Part shown: positions 1 to 9,857 of the stretch, in pieces | How positions within the stretch are numbered: the first letter of the stretch is position 1 | How the letters are laid out: the number at the start of each line of letters is the position of its first letter | Assembly (NCBI GenBank): GCA_032986305.1 | Contig: GCA_032986305.1_3672.1 | Source of the DNA: a phage | DNA: 64,000 nucleotides | Strand: one strand, 5' to 3' | Made by a program: the position numbers and the translations under genes | Notes under the pieces: model-generated | Databases searched by the model: none | What the model was told of the DNA's origin: nothing | The model's input: only the letters and a program-made list of their open reading frames with translations

Positions 1-1
1 G

Positions 2-289
2 TTGCGCCGGATGGCTGACTATTTGGAGAAAGACTACAGCGACTTCCCGCTCCACAAAAACTACAGAGATGATATGACAAAGTTCTTGAGGAGATGCTCT
101 AAAGCTACGATTATTGCACGAGCAGAATCAGATCTCAATCTTGTCATTAATCCGGAGTGCACCAAGCATGAGGCTATTGAGTTCTACATGCAGGAGTTTA
201 TAAAGAAAACTGAGGAGAGAGATTTCTATGGGGATGAAAAAGGTATTCAATCCTTGCGACTCAGTCCTGATCAGGATGAAATACCGTAA
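2..289 (+). CDS. hypothetical protein (no in-window start evident; may be 5' truncated at window edge)
   Basis: Open frame running from window edge; co-directional with neighbours. Confidence 0.3.
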   Translation: MRRMADYLEKDYSDFPLHKNYRDDMTKFLRRCSKATIIARAESDLNLVINPECTKHEAIEFYMQEFIKKTEERDFYGDEKGIQSLRLSPDQDEIP

Positions 290-449
290 CTGGAAAGGTG
301 TTGTTGCAGATCGCTGCGTTACTGAGCCTAATTTATGGTTTGGCTCTACAGAGTATCATAAAGAAGAGCAGTGGTTGATGCGTGCCTTCGATGTAGACAA
401 GGGCGAATATCGTGACTTCGCTTTAAAAGACATTCTTCAGTTTTACTAA
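228..449 (+). CDS. hypothetical protein
   Basis: 73-aa ORF, ATG start, overlaps previous ORF end in another frame. Confidence 0.3.
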   Translation: MGMKKVFNPCDSVLIRMKYRNWKGVVADRCVTEPNLWFGSTEYHKEEQWLMRAFDVDKGEYRDFALKDILQFY

Positions 450-461
450 GGAATCTTAACG

Positions 462-1445
462 ATGATGACAAAGTTAACTCTTGAGCAAATTTTAACACTA
501 AAGCAACAGGGATACACTAATAGACAAATTGCTCGTGAATTTTTAGGCCGTGAGTCACGTGAGAGCTGGATCCGACTACAGCTTAAACGTGCACAAGAGA
601 ATATGTCAGAGATTGTAGGAGAAGCAACGGAGCGCTTCCTTGAAGAGCACAAAGGTGCTAAAGTTTGGGTGTATGATACAGAGACATCCCCAACAAACGG
701 CTGGTTCTTTGGGCACTATAAGACCAACATTCAAACCTGTGGTATTGAAGTTATGCCTTATATGCTAACTTTCGCAGGTAAGTGGTTAGACAGCCCTAGT
801 GTGGTTGACTGCGCTCTTCCAGATTACAAAATGTGGGATGAGGATATTCACAATGATCTCGAATTGATTCAGGATTTGTGGTATTATCTGGATAAATGCG
901 ATGTCGCAGTAGCCCACAATTCAGGTTTTGACTGCGGGTGGGCCAACCAACGATTTGCATTTCACGGGTTGCCTCCAACAAGCCCCTACAAAGATGTTGA
1001 CACCCTTAAAATGATCAAAAAGGCATTCCGTTTGAATGCAAACACTTTGGAGTATGCATGCAAATACTTCCAACTGGCCCGACAGAAACTGATTGATCAC
1101 ACATTTGAAATGTGGATCAAGTGTGTCCATGGCGATCTTGAGGCATTTAAACAGATGCGGGAGTATAATGTTGGTGATATCCTGTCTCTGGAAGGACTGT
1201 ATTTGCTGGCTCGCCCGTTTGCTAAGCAGCACCCAAACATGTCATTGTACTACCAGGACGAGGAGCCAAAGGTTCGTTGCCCACGCTGTGGTGGAGAACA
1301 CTTTCACGAGGAAGAAGCTTTGGCATATACTCAGCTGAGTGCATTTAAAACATACCGCTGCGAAGGTTGTGGATCTGTTGTTCGTGACCGTAACAACATC
1401 CGTACCAGAGAAGAAATGAAAAACACCCTGATTCAGATAATCTAA
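462..1445 (+). CDS. DEDD-family (DnaQ-like) 3'-5' exonuclease with C-terminal zinc ribbon
   Basis: Motifs VYDTETS (Exo I D-x-E) and VAHNSGFDCGW (Exo II HN..FD), C-terminal CPRCG...CEGCG. Confidence 0.55.
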   Translation: MMTKLTLEQILTLKQQGYTNRQIAREFLGRESRESWIRLQLKRAQENMSEIVGEATERFLEEHKGAKVWVYDTETSPTNGWFFGHYKTNIQTCGIEVMPYMLTFAGKWLDSPSVVDCALPDYKMWDEDIHNDLELIQDLWYYLDKCDVAVAHNSGFDCGWANQRFAFHGLPPTSPYKDVDTLKMIKKAFRLNANTLEYACKYFQLARQKLIDHTFEMWIKCVHGDLEAFKQMREYNVGDILSLEGLYLLARPFAKQHPNMSLYYQDEEPKVRCPRCGGEHFHEEEALAYTQLSAFKTYRCEGCGSVVRDRNNIRTREEMKNTLIQII

Positions 1446-1453
1446 CAATTATA

Positions 1454-1481
1454 GGGAGGCTTGCGCCTCCCTTTTCCTTTT
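1454..1481 (+). terminator. rho-independent terminator
   Basis: Perfect stem GGGAGGC/GCCTCCC, loop TTGC, followed by TTTTCCTTTT; directly after stop of exonuclease gene. Confidence 0.6.
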
Positions 1482-1490
1482 GGAGGCACT

Positions 1491-2309
1491 TTGAGCAAGA
1501 AAGAGTCCAACGACAAATATTACACAAACCCTGAGTATGCAGAATATCTTGTTGGTAAAGTAAAAGACAAGTATGGGAATTGTGCATACGTTGAGCCTTC
1601 TGCTGGAAGGGGTTCTTTTTCAAAACTATTTTCAAAGATACTGTCGTACGATCTAGTACCAGATCCTGAATTTGAAGGACCAACACAGTGCATTCAGGCA
1701 AACTTCTTGGAGGTGCATCCCAAGGCAGATGTCTTCATAGGTAACCCACCATTTGGCAAGAATTCATCTTTAGCTTGCAAATTCTTTAACCATTGTGCAT
1801 CATTGCTAGAGCTTGGCGGGGCTATAGCCTTCATATTGCCACGGACATTTGAAAAAATATTTTTTGCAAACAAACTGGACATGTCTATGCACCTTGTCTA
1901 CAGCGAAAGGTGCCCTAAGAACTCGTTTTTACTTAATGGCAAACCTTACGACGTGCCATGTGTTTTCCAAATTTGGGAGAAAAAGGCGTGCAATAGGGAT
2001 CCTGTAGAGATTGGAGAGAATAAGTTATTTTCTTTTAGCACTCCAGATGACTACGACTTCTGTGTAAGACGTGTTGGGTATAATGCTGGAAAAGTATTGG
2101 GGGATGATGACCCAAAATCTGAAGAATCGACATATTTCATAAAATCTTTAGTTGACGGTGTTGACAGAGTGTTTGCCGAATGCTATTCTTCTTTTCAAGA
2201 AGAAGCAGGTAAGACTGCTGGAATGAAGAGTATAGGCAAGAAAGAACTACAATACATTTTGGAGACCCGGTATGATCAAAAGCATAGACTTGACCAAAGA
2301 ACTTACTGA
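1491..2309 (+). CDS. DNA N6-adenine methyltransferase (start uncertain, probably TTG 1491 after GGAGG)
   Basis: AdoMet motif EPSAGRGSF and catalytic motif IV GNPPFG; track ORF begins 1461 inside the terminator hairpin. Confidence 0.6.
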   Translation: MSKKESNDKYYTNPEYAEYLVGKVKDKYGNCAYVEPSAGRGSFSKLFSKILSYDLVPDPEFEGPTQCIQANFLEVHPKADVFIGNPPFGKNSSLACKFFNHCASLLELGGAIAFILPRTFEKIFFANKLDMSMHLVYSERCPKNSFLLNGKPYDVPCVFQIWEKKACNRDPVEIGENKLFSFSTPDDYDFCVRRVGYNAGKVLGDDDPKSEESTYFIKSLVDGVDRVFAECYSSFQEEAGKTAGMKSIGKKELQYILETRYDQKHRLDQRTY

Positions 2310-2730
2310 TGCAAAAGCTTTTGGTGAGACAGCGGTACAAAGAGGCCAGGCGATGGGACTGGCACTACCTTTCGTCTTAAAAGAGCACTTTACAGATTTT
2401 CAACTTATCAAAGGTGATAAGGGAATGCTTATCCTGGAGCATAAGTTGAGTAAGAAACGCTACAAAGTTGTTTTTAATTCTAAAGCCCCAACAAAACTTG
2501 GATTCAGAACTTACAATCTCAACCCATCCTATACTAAGGGTGTTGGAAGGGTAGAACAACAGCATTTCAGTGCTAGAGCTTCTTTAGCCCCTTTGATGCT
2601 AAATTTCTCAGGGGTGGCTTTAGGATACCTTGATAAGAAAAGAGTTCTTCATGTCCGTTTCACAGACTTTGTAACGCTTTTAGCTAACAACGAAGTTGAT
2701 GAAAAGGGACGTGTAAAAACAAACTTCTAA
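2272..2730 (+). CDS. hypothetical protein
   Basis: 152-aa ORF in co-directional operon. Confidence 0.4.
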   Translation: MIKSIDLTKELTDAKAFGETAVQRGQAMGLALPFVLKEHFTDFQLIKGDKGMLILEHKLSKKRYKVVFNSKAPTKLGFRTYNLNPSYTKGVGRVEQQHFSARASLAPLMLNFSGVALGYLDKKRVLHVRFTDFVTLLANNEVDEKGRVKTNF

Positions 2731-2745
2731 TAACGCATAGTATGA

Positions 2746-2949
2746 TTGGAGACCGCAATGACACTAAAGTTAACAATTACAGACAGCTTTTCAGAAAACT
2801 TTATCCCAGAAATGATGGGTAAGATGCGATCATTGCTTGATCAGATTGAGGAAGCTGTTTGGGAAGACGATGCTGTAGTGGCTAACGAGCTAGTAGATAA
2901 GTGTAAAAGTATTATTGATGCAGTTGAAGAATATCACGGAGGTTTTTGA
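2746..2949 (+). CDS. hypothetical protein
   Basis: 67-aa ORF; stop overlaps next start (ATGA). Confidence 0.4.
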   Translation: METAMTLKLTITDSFSENFIPEMMGKMRSLLDQIEEAVWEDDAVVANELVDKCKSIIDAVEEYHGGF

Positions 2950-3563
2950 TGGATATTATTGTTCTTAACGCCCCACCTAGCAGCGGCAAGGATCACATTG
3001 CAGATCTCTTGTTGGAAGCTATTCCTAACTCACACCACCGTGAGGTTAAGGAGATGCTCTTCAGTGTGGCAATTAAGGCAGCTGGTGTAACTCCTCAACT
3101 CTGGAATGCACTTTATGACCGCCACTACAAAGAAGAGCCTTGCCCTTTCTTAATGATAGACGGCAAGCATGTTTCTCCGCGAGAGTGGATGATCCATTGT
3201 AGTGAAAATCTGATTAAACCTATCTTTGGTGAAGATGCTTTCGGTAAGGCCGCAGTCACATCCTTGAAGAAAGATTTCCCTAAAGGTAAAGGGGTTGTTG
3301 TTTACTCCGATGGTGGATTCAAAGAGGAGCTGGCATGCCTTAGTGAGTACGCATACAGCACAGGTGGAGATCTGTTGTTGTTCCGTATTCACCGTGTCGG
3401 ATATGACTGGGGAAATGATTCCAGAACCTATCTAAGCCTGGAAAAGAACGGAATAAAAGGGATTGAGTTCGATGTTGTAAATCCTGAAGGTGCACCTTGG
3501 GAATGTGCATCGGAGATTGTGTGCAAGTATATTGATGCTAAAGAGGCCCAAGAAGAATGTTAA
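2949..3563 (+). CDS. deoxynucleoside monophosphate kinase-like protein
   Basis: N-terminal P-loop-like NAPPSSGKDHIAD resembling phage dNMP kinases (T4 gp1 type); SD GGAGG upstream. Confidence 0.5.
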   Translation: MDIIVLNAPPSSGKDHIADLLLEAIPNSHHREVKEMLFSVAIKAAGVTPQLWNALYDRHYKEEPCPFLMIDGKHVSPREWMIHCSENLIKPIFGEDAFGKAAVTSLKKDFPKGKGVVVYSDGGFKEELACLSEYAYSTGGDLLLFRIHRVGYDWGNDSRTYLSLEKNGIKGIEFDVVNPEGAPWECASEIVCKYIDAKEAQEEC

Positions 3564-4150
3564 TCGGAATTGATGTAGATTTGACACTGGTAGATTCAGG
3601 AACAGCATGGTGGGAGTGGTTGGAGCGTTTGTATGGTCCAGCCAGTAAGACAGTCGTTAAACCTTCTAATGGGCTGATGTATTACGATCTGTCAAAGTAT
3701 TGGCCTGATCGCCCCAAAGAAAACATCATAGGACCTTTTGATTTCTGGAGTGATCCGTTCCTCTACGACTTTCTTAAGCCTGAAGAGGGGGCTATTGAGG
3801 TTATGAAAGATTTGGTGGCTCGCGGTCACAAGCTCGCATTTATCTCGGTATGCAAGAAAGGTCACCTTGCATCTAAATCAAGGTTCTTAAAGCGCTGGAC
3901 CAGTGATTTTATGGATCTGGATGATCACACCCAGGGTCACGGCTTCTACGCCACACATTTCAAAGGTAATGTGGCTGTAGATGTTATAATTGATGACAGG
4001 CATGAATACCTGAACCAATTCGCTTCACGACCTGAAGTTATTAAAATCCTAAAAGACACGCCTTATGAGCAATTCGAAGAGTTAAAGGTCAGTGTTGACT
4101 ATACCGCTAATAGCTGGTATAAAATAGGAAAGTTTTTAGAAGGTATTTGA
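3557..4150 (+). CDS. HAD-superfamily phosphatase, 5'-deoxynucleotidase-like
   Basis: N-terminal HAD motif I IGIDVDLTL (DxDxT); context with nucleotide metabolism genes. Confidence 0.45.
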   Translation: MLIGIDVDLTLVDSGTAWWEWLERLYGPASKTVVKPSNGLMYYDLSKYWPDRPKENIIGPFDFWSDPFLYDFLKPEEGAIEVMKDLVARGHKLAFISVCKKGHLASKSRFLKRWTSDFMDLDDHTQGHGFYATHFKGNVAVDVIIDDRHEYLNQFASRPEVIKILKDTPYEQFEELKVSVDYTANSWYKIGKFLEGI

Positions 4151-4151
4151 A

Positions 4152-4352
4152 ATGGGCAGATGTTCTAAAGGTGGCGATCCTGTAGTCAGATACGGTGACT
4201 GGCTAGAGGTGTATGATCTGGGAGGTAAGCTGGTGTATGCCTCCAGGATCACCCAAGACATGTGCTCCGATATGTTCAACAGATACCTTGCATTTAAGGC
4301 TAACATAAACCCAGACGAAATTTCCAAAATTAAAACAAGGAGAGCTAAATAA
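4152..4352 (+). CDS. hypothetical protein
   Basis: 66-aa ORF, tight packing. Confidence 0.35.
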   Translation: MGRCSKGGDPVVRYGDWLEVYDLGGKLVYASRITQDMCSDMFNRYLAFKANINPDEISKIKTRRAK

Positions 4353-5335
4353 TGCTAAAACTGTGCACTGCAAAGATCATTGCTGACAGCATTTCCGAGA
4401 AAGGTAAGCGTATCACCACTTTTGAGCTAGAGTATCCTCGAATTATTCACTCAGAGCTTATGACACATCGAGTGTTCAGCCGAAACGCCATGTCTTCCCG
4501 TGCAGTGCCTGTAGGCAAGATGCTACAACAGATTGTGGAGAATCCGGCAATGCCAGTTCGCTTCGGTGTAAATAAGCGAGGGATGGAAGATGGTGGGAAG
4601 CACGATCAAAAGATCCGTGTAGAGTACACCGACATGGAGCTAACTCCTGAAGAGTTTTGGAAAGAAGCTGCAAAAAACGCCGCTTGGCATGCAGAGAAGT
4701 TCGCCCTTGCTGGTTACCATAAGCAAGTATGTAACCGCTTAGTGGAGCCGTTTCAGCGCATGAAAACAGTTGTAACAAGCACAGAGTGGAATAATTTCTT
4801 CCATCTCCGTTGTTGGCACGATGCTGACCCTACTATTCAGATGTTGGCTAATTGCATGTGGGAGGCTCTTATGAATAGCACTCCTGAAATCCTTAAACCG
4901 GGTCAATGGCACACTCCATATGTAGAGCACGTTTATTTGGACGGAGAGTTTAACTACGCTGTACGTGACACAGAAGGAAAGCTCTGTATTCTCGATACTA
5001 AAGAAGCTCTGTCTATTAGTGCTAGTTGCTGTGCACAAGTATCTTATCGAAATATTGACAGCACGTTTGAAAAGGCAGATAGTGTGGCTAAAAAATTGAT
5101 TGGTGGGGATCGTATTCATGCAAGCCCTTACGAGCACCAGGCAACACCTATGGATCACGATAACGCAATGGAACGTTTAAACTACTATCTATCTTCATGT
5201 GAAATCACACAAGACAGCTGTGTTTGGCAGGAAGGTGTAACCCATCAAGACCGTGATGGTAAATTCTGGTCTGCCAACTTTTGTGGGTGGGTTCAGCACA
5301 GACAACTGCTTAATAACCACTTTGTGAAAGGTTAA
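4352..5335 (+). CDS. thyX: flavin-dependent thymidylate synthase ThyX
   Basis: ThyX-type signature HR-x7-S-x-R (MTHRVFSRNAMSSRA); SD AAGGAG upstream. Confidence 0.6.
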   Translation: MLKLCTAKIIADSISEKGKRITTFELEYPRIIHSELMTHRVFSRNAMSSRAVPVGKMLQQIVENPAMPVRFGVNKRGMEDGGKHDQKIRVEYTDMELTPEEFWKEAAKNAAWHAEKFALAGYHKQVCNRLVEPFQRMKTVVTSTEWNNFFHLRCWHDADPTIQMLANCMWEALMNSTPEILKPGQWHTPYVEHVYLDGEFNYAVRDTEGKLCILDTKEALSISASCCAQVSYRNIDSTFEKADSVAKKLIGGDRIHASPYEHQATPMDHDNAMERLNYYLSSCEITQDSCVWQEGVTHQDRDGKFWSANFCGWVQHRQLLNNHFVKG

Positions 5336-5364
5336 TCCTATCACAGCGATAGGTAACTTTTGTG

Positions 5365-5393
5365 TTGACTAATAGTATCAGATAGTCTATAAT
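5365..5393 (+). promoter_or_regulatory. sigma70-type promoter (TTGACT-17-TATAAT) followed by 5' UTR hairpin 5397-5417
   Basis: Near-consensus -35/-10 with 17-bp spacer; stem GGCTCAC/GTGAGCC immediately downstream. Confidence 0.55.
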
Positions 5394-5433
5394 AATGGCT
5401 CACTTTGTTGGTGAGCCAGAAATGGAGACAGAT

Positions 5434-5895
5434 ATGAGTAATGTTATGATTCCTAAAAAGACATTTATTTCAGTTACTTTAGATTTCCTAGCTACCGTCC
5501 CTGGGTTTAACGTTCGCACACGAAACGGTCTCCGAGCTGCACTCTTCACCGTAGGGTTTGATTTAAAAAATATTGATGTTCTTCGTGGAAAAAACGTTAG
5601 ATGCAAAAATAAGCCAACCCATTATCGAAAGGCAGATGTATTTGCTGGTGTCATGCGTGCAGACTTTAGATACCCACAAATGTATAACGGTGTAGATATT
5701 TTAGATGTAGATAAAGCACCTGGTGAGGCAATGCTTGTTCAAGATCTTCCGTATGATATCTCTGTAGAGGATCGTGTTAATGTAAGAAAGTATACAAAAC
5801 AATCTGAAAAGGCTGAAGATATTCATATTGTTGATGAACCTTTCAATTTTGAAGATCTGCATCGCCTGGAAAAATTATTCGGTATTGAAAGCTAA
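5434..5895 (+). CDS. hypothetical protein
   Basis: ORF with SD GGAGACA 7 nt upstream of ATG 5434; track start 5395 lies at predicted TSS. Confidence 0.45.
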   Translation: MSNVMIPKKTFISVTLDFLATVPGFNVRTRNGLRAALFTVGFDLKNIDVLRGKNVRCKNKPTHYRKADVFAGVMRADFRYPQMYNGVDILDVDKAPGEAMLVQDLPYDISVEDRVNVRKYTKQSEKAEDIHIVDEPFNFEDLHRLEKLFGIES

Positions 5896-5905
5896 GGTGG
5901 TGAAG

Positions 5906-6136
5906 ATGAGTCATAACTCCAAGTGGAAGGATCTTGGTTTTGCAAGTCGGGCAGAATATGTTGGTTGGCTTTGGTTCAACGGCCTGACAAACGATATTAA
6001 AATGTATGATGATGTTTATTATGATGAGTATACAGGTAAAATTATAAATATCTCTGTAGAAGAGGATACCTTTATTCAGCAAGATACTGATACCTGCCTT
6101 GATAAATACGTTAATGAAGTGGAGGAAGCAAATTGA
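5906..6136 (+). CDS. hypothetical protein
   Basis: SD GGTGGTGAAG before ATG 5906. Confidence 0.4.
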   Translation: MSHNSKWKDLGFASRAEYVGWLWFNGLTNDIKMYDDVYYDEYTGKIINISVEEDTFIQQDTDTCLDKYVNEVEEAN

Positions 6137-8448
6137 TCACCAAGGTAATTAAAAGCAACGGATGTGAAGTGGCATTCGACCCAGAACGTTTAAATAAGGC
6201 AGCTATTTTCGGTGACGACGGTAACGGCAATTGGTCACACATTGCACTGGATGCATACAAACGACTGTATGATGGATGTACAACCAAAGAAGTTAACCAA
6301 GCTATCATAGACTCCTGTGTTAGCCGTAAAGACGAAGCACATTCCCGTATGGCTGGTCGTGTTCTTATTGGTCAGATTTATAAAGAGGCTTTTGGAGGGT
6401 TTACAAAGATCCCTTCCTTACCATCATTTTACAACGACATGGTTGAGAAAGGGTATTGGGAGGATATGGGTTATAGCTTTACCGAGCTAAATACTTTAGA
6501 CGCTGTTATTGACCACAGCAAAGATCTCGGTTACGGCTATGCAGTCCTTAAACAGTTTCGCGACAAATACGGGATCAAGGATACTCTTAAAGACACCCTG
6601 TTTGAATCTCCCCAGATGATGTTTATGGGGATAGCAATGGCTGTCATGAAGAATATGCCGAAAGAACGTCGTATCAACGATGTTGTAAAATTATACACTT
6701 ATCTGTCCGACTTAAAGATCAATGCTCCGACACCGTACTTAAACGGGCTGCGCACAGGTAAGACAGGGTATGCATCTTGTTGTGTAATAAAAGCGGATGA
6801 TACAGCAAAATCTATTGGTGTGGCACGTGAAGTTGCGTACACAATGACGGTTAACCAAGCAGGTATCGGCTACTATTTATCATCAAGATCTGCAGGCGAT
6901 GGTGTTCGTGGTAACACTATTAAACACATGGGTAAGATTCCATATTATCGAGGTATTGATGCTGGGGTTAAGGAGAACAGACAACAATCGCGTGGCGGTT
7001 CTGCAACAGTATCATTCCTTGCACTAGACCCGCAGATTGATGAGCTAATCCGTTTGAGAAACCCTATGACTGTTGCTTCAAAAAGAATCAACACCATGGA
7101 CTACTCTATAGGTATTAATAGGTCGTTTATCAACCGTGTGGCTAAGAATTTAGATTGGATGCTTGTTTCTTATAAGCACGCTCCTCAACTGCATGAAGGT
7201 ATCTTCACCATGTCTATGGAGGAGTTTGATGCAGAGGTTGATCGTATCGCTAAAGATGACAGTATTCCTAAAACATGGATCCGAGCTAGAGATCTTGCTG
7301 TTGAGCTGATCACGCAGCGTACCGAAGTGGGGAGGCTGTACGTATACTGGACAGATGAGATGAATAGACATACACCTTTTAAAGATGTGATCTACTCAAG
7401 TAACCTGTGTGCAGAAATAGCCCTCCCGACAAAAGGCTATTCAGATATGCGTAATATCTTCAAGTACGATGCTGATGATGGCGAGGTTGCATTGTGCTTC
7501 CTGTCATCTCTTGTAGCTGGAAGGGTTACCCCAGAGGAGTATGAGGATGTTGCATACTACACGGTGCTTATGATTGACAATGTTATGGAAATCATGACAT
7601 ATCCGTATGAAAATATGGAGAGCACTGTTAAAAAACGCAGATCCATCGGGGTTGGCCTTACCAATGTTGCACATTTTATTGCCAGCCACAAGGTTACTTA
7701 CGGATCTCCTGAAAGTAAACAGCTTGTTCACGATCTTGCAGAACTTCACAGCTACAGCTTGCATAAGGCAAGTTTACGGTTGGCAAAAGAGCGTGGTGTC
7801 TGCGAGTGGATGCATAAAACAAAATATCCAGAAGGTTGGTTACCAATCGACACCTATAACAAAGAGGTAGATAGCGTGGTGAAAGATCCTTCTCTTAAAC
7901 AGGATTGGGAAGGGTTACGTAAAGAAATCATTGAAAATGGTGGGCTACGTAATAGCGTTCTTGAAGCATATATGCCTAATGAAAGCTCTTCGCTGGCAAC
8001 AAACACCACTAATGGGGTTTATCCTGTCCGTGAGCACATTATCTTTAAAAAATCGCCACAAGGGCAGGTGCTGTTTATCGTTCCTGACTATGATGAGTTG
8101 AAAGAGTATTACACCTCGGCTTGGGACGTTGATACTAACGACATGATCGATATGTATGCTGTGATTCAAAAATTCACAGGTCAGGCAATCAGCGCGGATT
8201 TATACATAGACTACACCAAGTTGAAAGATGGTAAAATTTCAATGAAGGAGCAGCTAGGGTACCTTATCCGTGCCACTAAATTCGGGATGAAGACATGGTA
8301 TTATTTAAACTCTAGGGTTGGTGCTGGTGACTCCTTGGCAGAGGAACTTCATGCCAAGAAACAGGCTGAAGATGAAACCAGAAAGAACTACCCTTTGATT
8401 GCAGATAGTTCAGTTGAAGATCCGTATTGCGAAAGCTGTGCACTATAA
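6133..8448 (+). CDS. nrdA: ribonucleoside-diphosphate reductase large subunit NrdA (class Ia)
   Basis: ATP-cone N-terminus, motifs SNLCAEIALPT, NESSSLATNTTNG, C-terminal CESCAL; 771 aa; TTG start after GGAGGAAG. Confidence 0.9.
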   Translation: MITKVIKSNGCEVAFDPERLNKAAIFGDDGNGNWSHIALDAYKRLYDGCTTKEVNQAIIDSCVSRKDEAHSRMAGRVLIGQIYKEAFGGFTKIPSLPSFYNDMVEKGYWEDMGYSFTELNTLDAVIDHSKDLGYGYAVLKQFRDKYGIKDTLKDTLFESPQMMFMGIAMAVMKNMPKERRINDVVKLYTYLSDLKINAPTPYLNGLRTGKTGYASCCVIKADDTAKSIGVAREVAYTMTVNQAGIGYYLSSRSAGDGVRGNTIKHMGKIPYYRGIDAGVKENRQQSRGGSATVSFLALDPQIDELIRLRNPMTVASKRINTMDYSIGINRSFINRVAKNLDWMLVSYKHAPQLHEGIFTMSMEEFDAEVDRIAKDDSIPKTWIRARDLAVELITQRTEVGRLYVYWTDEMNRHTPFKDVIYSSNLCAEIALPTKGYSDMRNIFKYDADDGEVALCFLSSLVAGRVTPEEYEDVAYYTVLMIDNVMEIMTYPYENMESTVKKRRSIGVGLTNVAHFIASHKVTYGSPESKQLVHDLAELHSYSLHKASLRLAKERGVCEWMHKTKYPEGWLPIDTYNKEVDSVVKDPSLKQDWEGLRKEIIENGGLRNSVLEAYMPNESSSLATNTTNGVYPVREHIIFKKSPQGQVLFIVPDYDELKEYYTSAWDVDTNDMIDMYAVIQKFTGQAISADLYIDYTKLKDGKISMKEQLGYLIRATKFGMKTWYYLNSRVGAGDSLAEELHAKKQAEDETRKNYPLIADSSVEDPYCESCAL

Positions 8449-8454
8449 TTTTAA

Positions 8455-8476
8455 AGGGGCTTCGGCCCCATTTTAG
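8455..8476 (+). terminator. GC hairpin with UUCG tetraloop between nrdA and nrdB (terminator or attenuator)
   Basis: GGGGC-TTCG-GCCCC followed by ATTTTAG. Confidence 0.4.
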
Positions 8477-8486
8477 AGGTAGAATA

Positions 8487-9575
8487 ATGGCTGTATTTAA
8501 TGCTGAGAACACCGCTCATAAAACTGGTGACTATCCGCTGTTTCTGGGACAGCAAATGGGTATGTACGACTCTATCAACAAAAAATATCCACAACTGTTC
8601 GAACTGTACAAAAAACAAAAAGAACAAGACTGGGCAGAGGATGAAGTGGATTTGTCGCAATCTATTTCAGATTTTGTAACATGCTCCAAGTCAACTTATG
8701 ATGTGATGGTGCAGACCTTGATGTGGCAATGGGAGGCTGATAGCGTTGCGGCAAGATCGATCATCTGCCTCTTTTCACCATTCATCACTAATAGTGAGCT
8801 TTTCACTCTATTGATGAAACAGTCAGAGATTGAAGTTCTTCACGCGCTAACTTACTCAGAGATTGTTAGACAATGCCTCCCCAATGCCCGTGAGATTATA
8901 GAAGAGATTCAGGAAAACCAAAACGTTCTGAGCAGATCTGGCGTTATTGTCAAATACATGCAAGAGCTTGAGGTTATTGGTGCAAAATACCGACTGGATC
9001 CTTCTAGTGTTGAAGAAGATATTGTGCGGAAATGCATTCTTAGAGCGCTTTTTGCACTTTTAGCCCTGGAAAGTATTGAGTTTATTGCAAGTTTTGCATG
9101 CACTTTCGCAGTAGCTGAACAGGGTATTTTTGTTCAGGTGGCGCAGCTTGTTCAAAAAATCATGCTTGACGAAATGCTACATTCGAAAGGTGATTTTGCC
9201 ATCATTGATATCCTGCTTAATGATCCGGCATGGGAGAAAAGCTTCCTTGAGATAAAAGGGGAGTTAAAAGAGATTCTTGATGAAGTACGAACCAAAGAGT
9301 ACGGTTGGAGTGACTATATTTTCAGCGAAGGAAGAGCGATTATAGGTCTTAACTCACCATTGCTTAAAGAATGGGTTGACTATAACTGCTCACCGATTTA
9401 TGATTACTACGGCATCGACAAAGACTTTGTGCCGCCAACAAAGGACCCTCTACCGTTTATGCAGGTGTGGATGAAACCTTCATTGCAACAGACGGCGAAC
9501 CAAGAAATGTCGAACACTGACTACCGCGTCAACACAACTGTTAATGACGCTGAAGAAGAAATTTGGGAGTTTTAA
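8487..9575 (+). CDS. nrdB: ribonucleoside-diphosphate reductase small subunit NrdB
   Basis: Typical NrdB N-terminal region (WAEDEVDLSQSISDF) and length; SD GAGG before ATG 8487. Confidence 0.85.
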   Translation: MAVFNAENTAHKTGDYPLFLGQQMGMYDSINKKYPQLFELYKKQKEQDWAEDEVDLSQSISDFVTCSKSTYDVMVQTLMWQWEADSVAARSIICLFSPFITNSELFTLLMKQSEIEVLHALTYSEIVRQCLPNAREIIEEIQENQNVLSRSGVIVKYMQELEVIGAKYRLDPSSVEEDIVRKCILRALFALLALESIEFIASFACTFAVAEQGIFVQVAQLVQKIMLDEMLHSKGDFAIIDILLNDPAWEKSFLEIKGELKEILDEVRTKEYGWSDYIFSEGRAIIGLNSPLLKEWVDYNCSPIYDYYGIDKDFVPPTKDPLPFMQVWMKPSLQQTANQEMSNTDYRVNTTVNDAEEEIWEF

Positions 9576-9578
9576 TAC

Positions 9579-9857
9579 ATGAGCTGTGAAAAATCTTTTT
9601 TCTTTATTATTTACGGTAAAGATAACTGCCCACATTGTGTAAGAGCAAAAGAATTTGCAGTCAGTAAAGGTCTGCCTTTTGTATATAAGACACTTGGCGA
9701 GGGTTACACAAAAGAAGAGCTTATTGAGAAGTGCAGTCCAATCGTACCCAGAACGTTGCCGCAGATCTTCTTAGAAAGCAATCTTGAAAGTGCCCATATA
9801 GGCGGTGCCGACGATTTCATCTCTTTTGTTAAGAATGGTTTTGGAGAGAAAAAGTGA
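9579..9857 (+). CDS. glutaredoxin/NrdH-like redoxin
   Basis: 92 aa with CPHC active-site motif in thioredoxin-fold context, adjacent to RNR genes. Confidence 0.65.
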   Translation: MSCEKSFFFIIYGKDNCPHCVRAKEFAVSKGLPFVYKTLGEGYTKEELIEKCSPIVPRTLPQIFLESNLESAHIGGADDFISFVKNGFGEKK

